A stretch of 64,000 bases of DNA from Bilabrum cf. latius (Eukaryota). A program made the translations under genes and the position numbers. The notes under the pieces were generated by a model that worked only from the letters and a program-made list of their open reading frames with translations, did no database searches and had not been told where the DNA came from. Shown in pieces: positions 61,301 to 64,000 of this stretch (positions are counted from its first letter, which is position 1; each line of letters begins with the position of its first letter). The stretch lies in the NCBI GenBank assembly GCA_965178125.1, contig OZ237735.1:1178001-1242000 (forward strand), in the 5' to 3' direction.

Positions 61301-64000
61301 CTACGCTACCGTACTCACTGAATGCAAATTCATTCTTAGGCATTTGAAACCCCTGCGGCAATGGCTTTGATGATGACGTAGCCTTGGTTGCACCGTTGTG
61401 ACCTGAAGATGGGTTCTCGGCATCGTTCTGATCGGGTGCGCCCGCTGGCTCCCCTTTCCCTTCAGATTGATCTTCCCCTGGCTTTCTTGCTCCGACGCTC
61501 GTGGGGAACTTCGAGAGCAACAGGGCGGCCGTGGCACCGGTGATACCTGAAAACCGAACATCTGCACCAACTGGGTCGGAGCCTCGGCGAAGGAGGAGCT
61601 CGGCTCCAGCTAGATTCCCGACGGCACACGCCCACGAAAAAGCCGTGTGGCCGTTGCCGCACCGAAGGTGAAGAAGTCTAGCAACCCAGAGCGCTCGCTG
61701 GAGCGGAAACACGTCGGCCTCCGCCACCCTCCGGACGACCTTTTTCCTTTCATGCAGCACTACTAGCCGACGGAGCTCTTTCCGAAGGTACCTTGCGTGC
61801 ACCGCGCCAGTGGGCTTGGCCCTGGCAGCTGCCATGGAGGAAGACTCCACGTCGCACTCATCATACGCCGCAAGGATGGATTGCCTGGCTTTCGAGCGTA
61901 TCCCACCTAGGCCTTGGCGCGCCAATCGTTGCTCCCTTCGTTCAATCGCATCTAGCTTCGCCTGCACCCGCTCGAGCTCACTTGCGGTGTCAGCTTCTTC
62001 CTGCCTTGCTCGGTTGCGAGTCCGGCGAGCTCGACGCAGCTGCCACATAAAAGCAGTCACATGGCAGGATACGTGCGGACGACCGCCAACGGTTATCTCA
62101 TCGACCAGATCGTTGTCATGCCTGAGGATCGCGCTGAAAAGCTGAGACTGCACCGCACTGAGCTGCGTGCTGGTGAACAAGAATTGATAAATGTCACCGT
62201 GACCCCGGCGCTTCGCCTCTGACAATGCTGATACCTTGAGCTTGTTAATCCGGCGTGGGAGGGCCTGGAATCGCTCCACAAGCAGCTTGACTAGACTCAA
62301 GTGGTTCCCTCTGACAGCCTCGATCAAGGCCGTGTAGCCTCGCGAGGTTTCGTGATCCACACCGACTCCAGCATCCAGCAGCACCACGCAAACCTTCTCG
62401 TGGCCATGCATCGCTGCGAGCGTTAATGGGGTGTGCCCCTGCGATGACTCAATCAGCAGGGCATCAAGGCTGCCTAGCGTGGCGAACTGACCAACCAATG
62501 AGTGATCTCCGGTGCGGCATGCGCGAAATAGCGGTGAGCTGCTGTACACGGGGTCGAACAGCAATACACCACCGGTCACAGCCCCAGGCCAACTTGCAGG
62601 AGACACATCAGTATCGTCCAACCCTGACCCACGGCCCGCAAGTGAGTCTTCTGCAACCGATGCAGAGACGAGAGAGGATGAATCGCGGGCCTCGACTTGC
62701 CTAACGGCGTCGGGCACCCGAGCAGCTGCACGAAGGACCTCTTCCATGATCACCTGATGCTGTGACTTCTACTGCTAGCGACCTTGCGCTGCGTCGTGGT
62801 CGCTAGCCTGTCGCCGGAACCATCGGAGAAGCGGTTTTGAGTTGGAAAGCACTGCAGCCTCATAGACTGGGTCTGGTACATGCCCAAGGGCCTCCCACCG
62901 TGCCTGCTGCTCCCACCTTCTGCGAGCCTGCATTTGCGCAAAAGCAGCGCCAGAGCTAGAAAGTTGTTCGGCCCATAGTTGCACCTCCCACCCTGGAATG
63001 AAGACGCTGCCACCGCGACGACGGCTAGTCCTTGCTACGGGCGTGTCTCTGCCGGCTTGCTCCAGCTGCTGCACGTCAATCACACGCTCGGCCCCCGCTT
63101 CGTCCTCGTTAAAGTCAAGGGCGTCAGGTTCGCTGGCCATTGCAGACACATCGCCAAGAAAACTAGCGTCCTGGTGGCCGGTGGCAAGTCTACGATCTCG
63201 CACGTGACCAGATTCTTGGTCCTGCCTCTCTTCGGCGCGAGCTAAGCGACGGAGCATTCTCCGCTGCCGACGCTGGAACTTGATTCGCGCATCGGAGGCA
63301 GGGACTCCCTTTGCAACTGCTTCGTCCCTGTCTTCCTGCATCGAACACTGTGGGAACTCAACGACAAGCGCAAGAGGGTGTGGGTACGCAATCCAGTCCG
63401 CCATGGGTGCCACTGTGGAAAAATACCGAGACAGACCATCCTGTGCATCTGCTCCTCCTGCGCTACCGTCCGCGGCATTAGATTTGTTCTATCTAGCAGC
63501 TTGTTTCTCGGCTCGAATGGCCTCTACCCTTGCCATCTCAGGGTCGAAAGGTACCAGCTGTAGCTCGTCGGATGTGGTTGCGTGCTGGCGACCCAAAAGC
63601 TTGCCAGATGACCGGCTGCCACGCACACCCAATTCGCGCAGAATCTCGCCCCCCCCGCGCGACACAATCCCGGTTCTGTAGTCCTCTACATCGTCTGCAA
63701 ATGCACCCGCGTCATCAAAGTCAATCGCTGCTCCCTAGTGGTTTTCACTGGGCGCACCTGCATCGTGGTCGAGTAGACCCGCGTCTGGTAAGTCGACAGC
63801 ATCTCCAAGCACACCTTCGACAGGCATTCCTGCCGCAACAAGTTCAAGTTGAAGAGCGGACAGCTTGATTTCGCCCTTTTTTATTTTTTGAACAATCTCT
63901 GGGGCATGCCCTGTGTCCTACGACCCACCCCACCGCTGGGCCAGCAGCTGCCTCTCCCTTGCTTCTTGCATGCGCAGGAGATCTCTCATGGCATGCAGCT
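58362..64000 (-). CDS. Large ankyrin-repeat protein (5' end beyond the window)
   Basis: GHTPLTLAAMHGHEKVCVVLLDAG, GYTALIEAVRGNHLSLVKLL, GHTAFSWACAVGN, SPLAVAAAHGH, SALMCAAAGGH. One frame stays open from 64000 to TGA 58362, with only TAG interruptions in the gaps checked. Confidence 0.88.

Noticed and set aside
1-64000. Mass pseudogenisation as the cause of the in-frame stops
   Set aside because: The interruptions are exclusively TAG, frames are otherwise preserved over kilobases, and housekeeping genes such as NIFK are affected. Random decay would also produce TAA, TGA and frameshifts.
1-64000. Pyrrolysine, Leu or Glu as the meaning of TAG
   Set aside because: The most diagnostic positions (RT PQG and QxGF, RRM QFG, TPS VLVQ) call for Gln. 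The frequency of TAG is too high for Pyl-type recoding.

Overview
A gene-dense, GC-rich eukaryotic (protist-like) nuclear window with short GT-AG introns. The key observation is a non-standard nuclear genetic code: TAG is a sense codon, almost certainly Gln, while TAA and TGA remain stops. The fragmented ORF track collapses into long single-frame genes once TAG is read through. TAG sits at conserved Gln positions in TPS, Nop15/NIFK and a reverse transcriptase, and every gene end I traced is TGA or TAA. Under this code the window holds: a large USP-like protein, a CBM20-TPS-TPP fusion, a membrane protein, cyclin Y, a Hook-like protein, an HMG-box protein, REEP/Yop1, a PNPOx-like protein, Nop15/NIFK, hypothetical proteins, an intact APE-RT non-LTR retrotransposon that also uses TAG=Gln (with a second, truncated copy at the same CGCTT site), a truncated MAP3K-like kinase, a ~1500-aa orphan with a C-terminal GIY-YIG motif, a RING protein, a 2.5-kb 21-bp tandem array, a Ulp1/SENP protease, a bacterial-like heparinase II/III fragment and an ankyrin-repeat protein. 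All calls come from manual reading and motif recall; no database searches were run.
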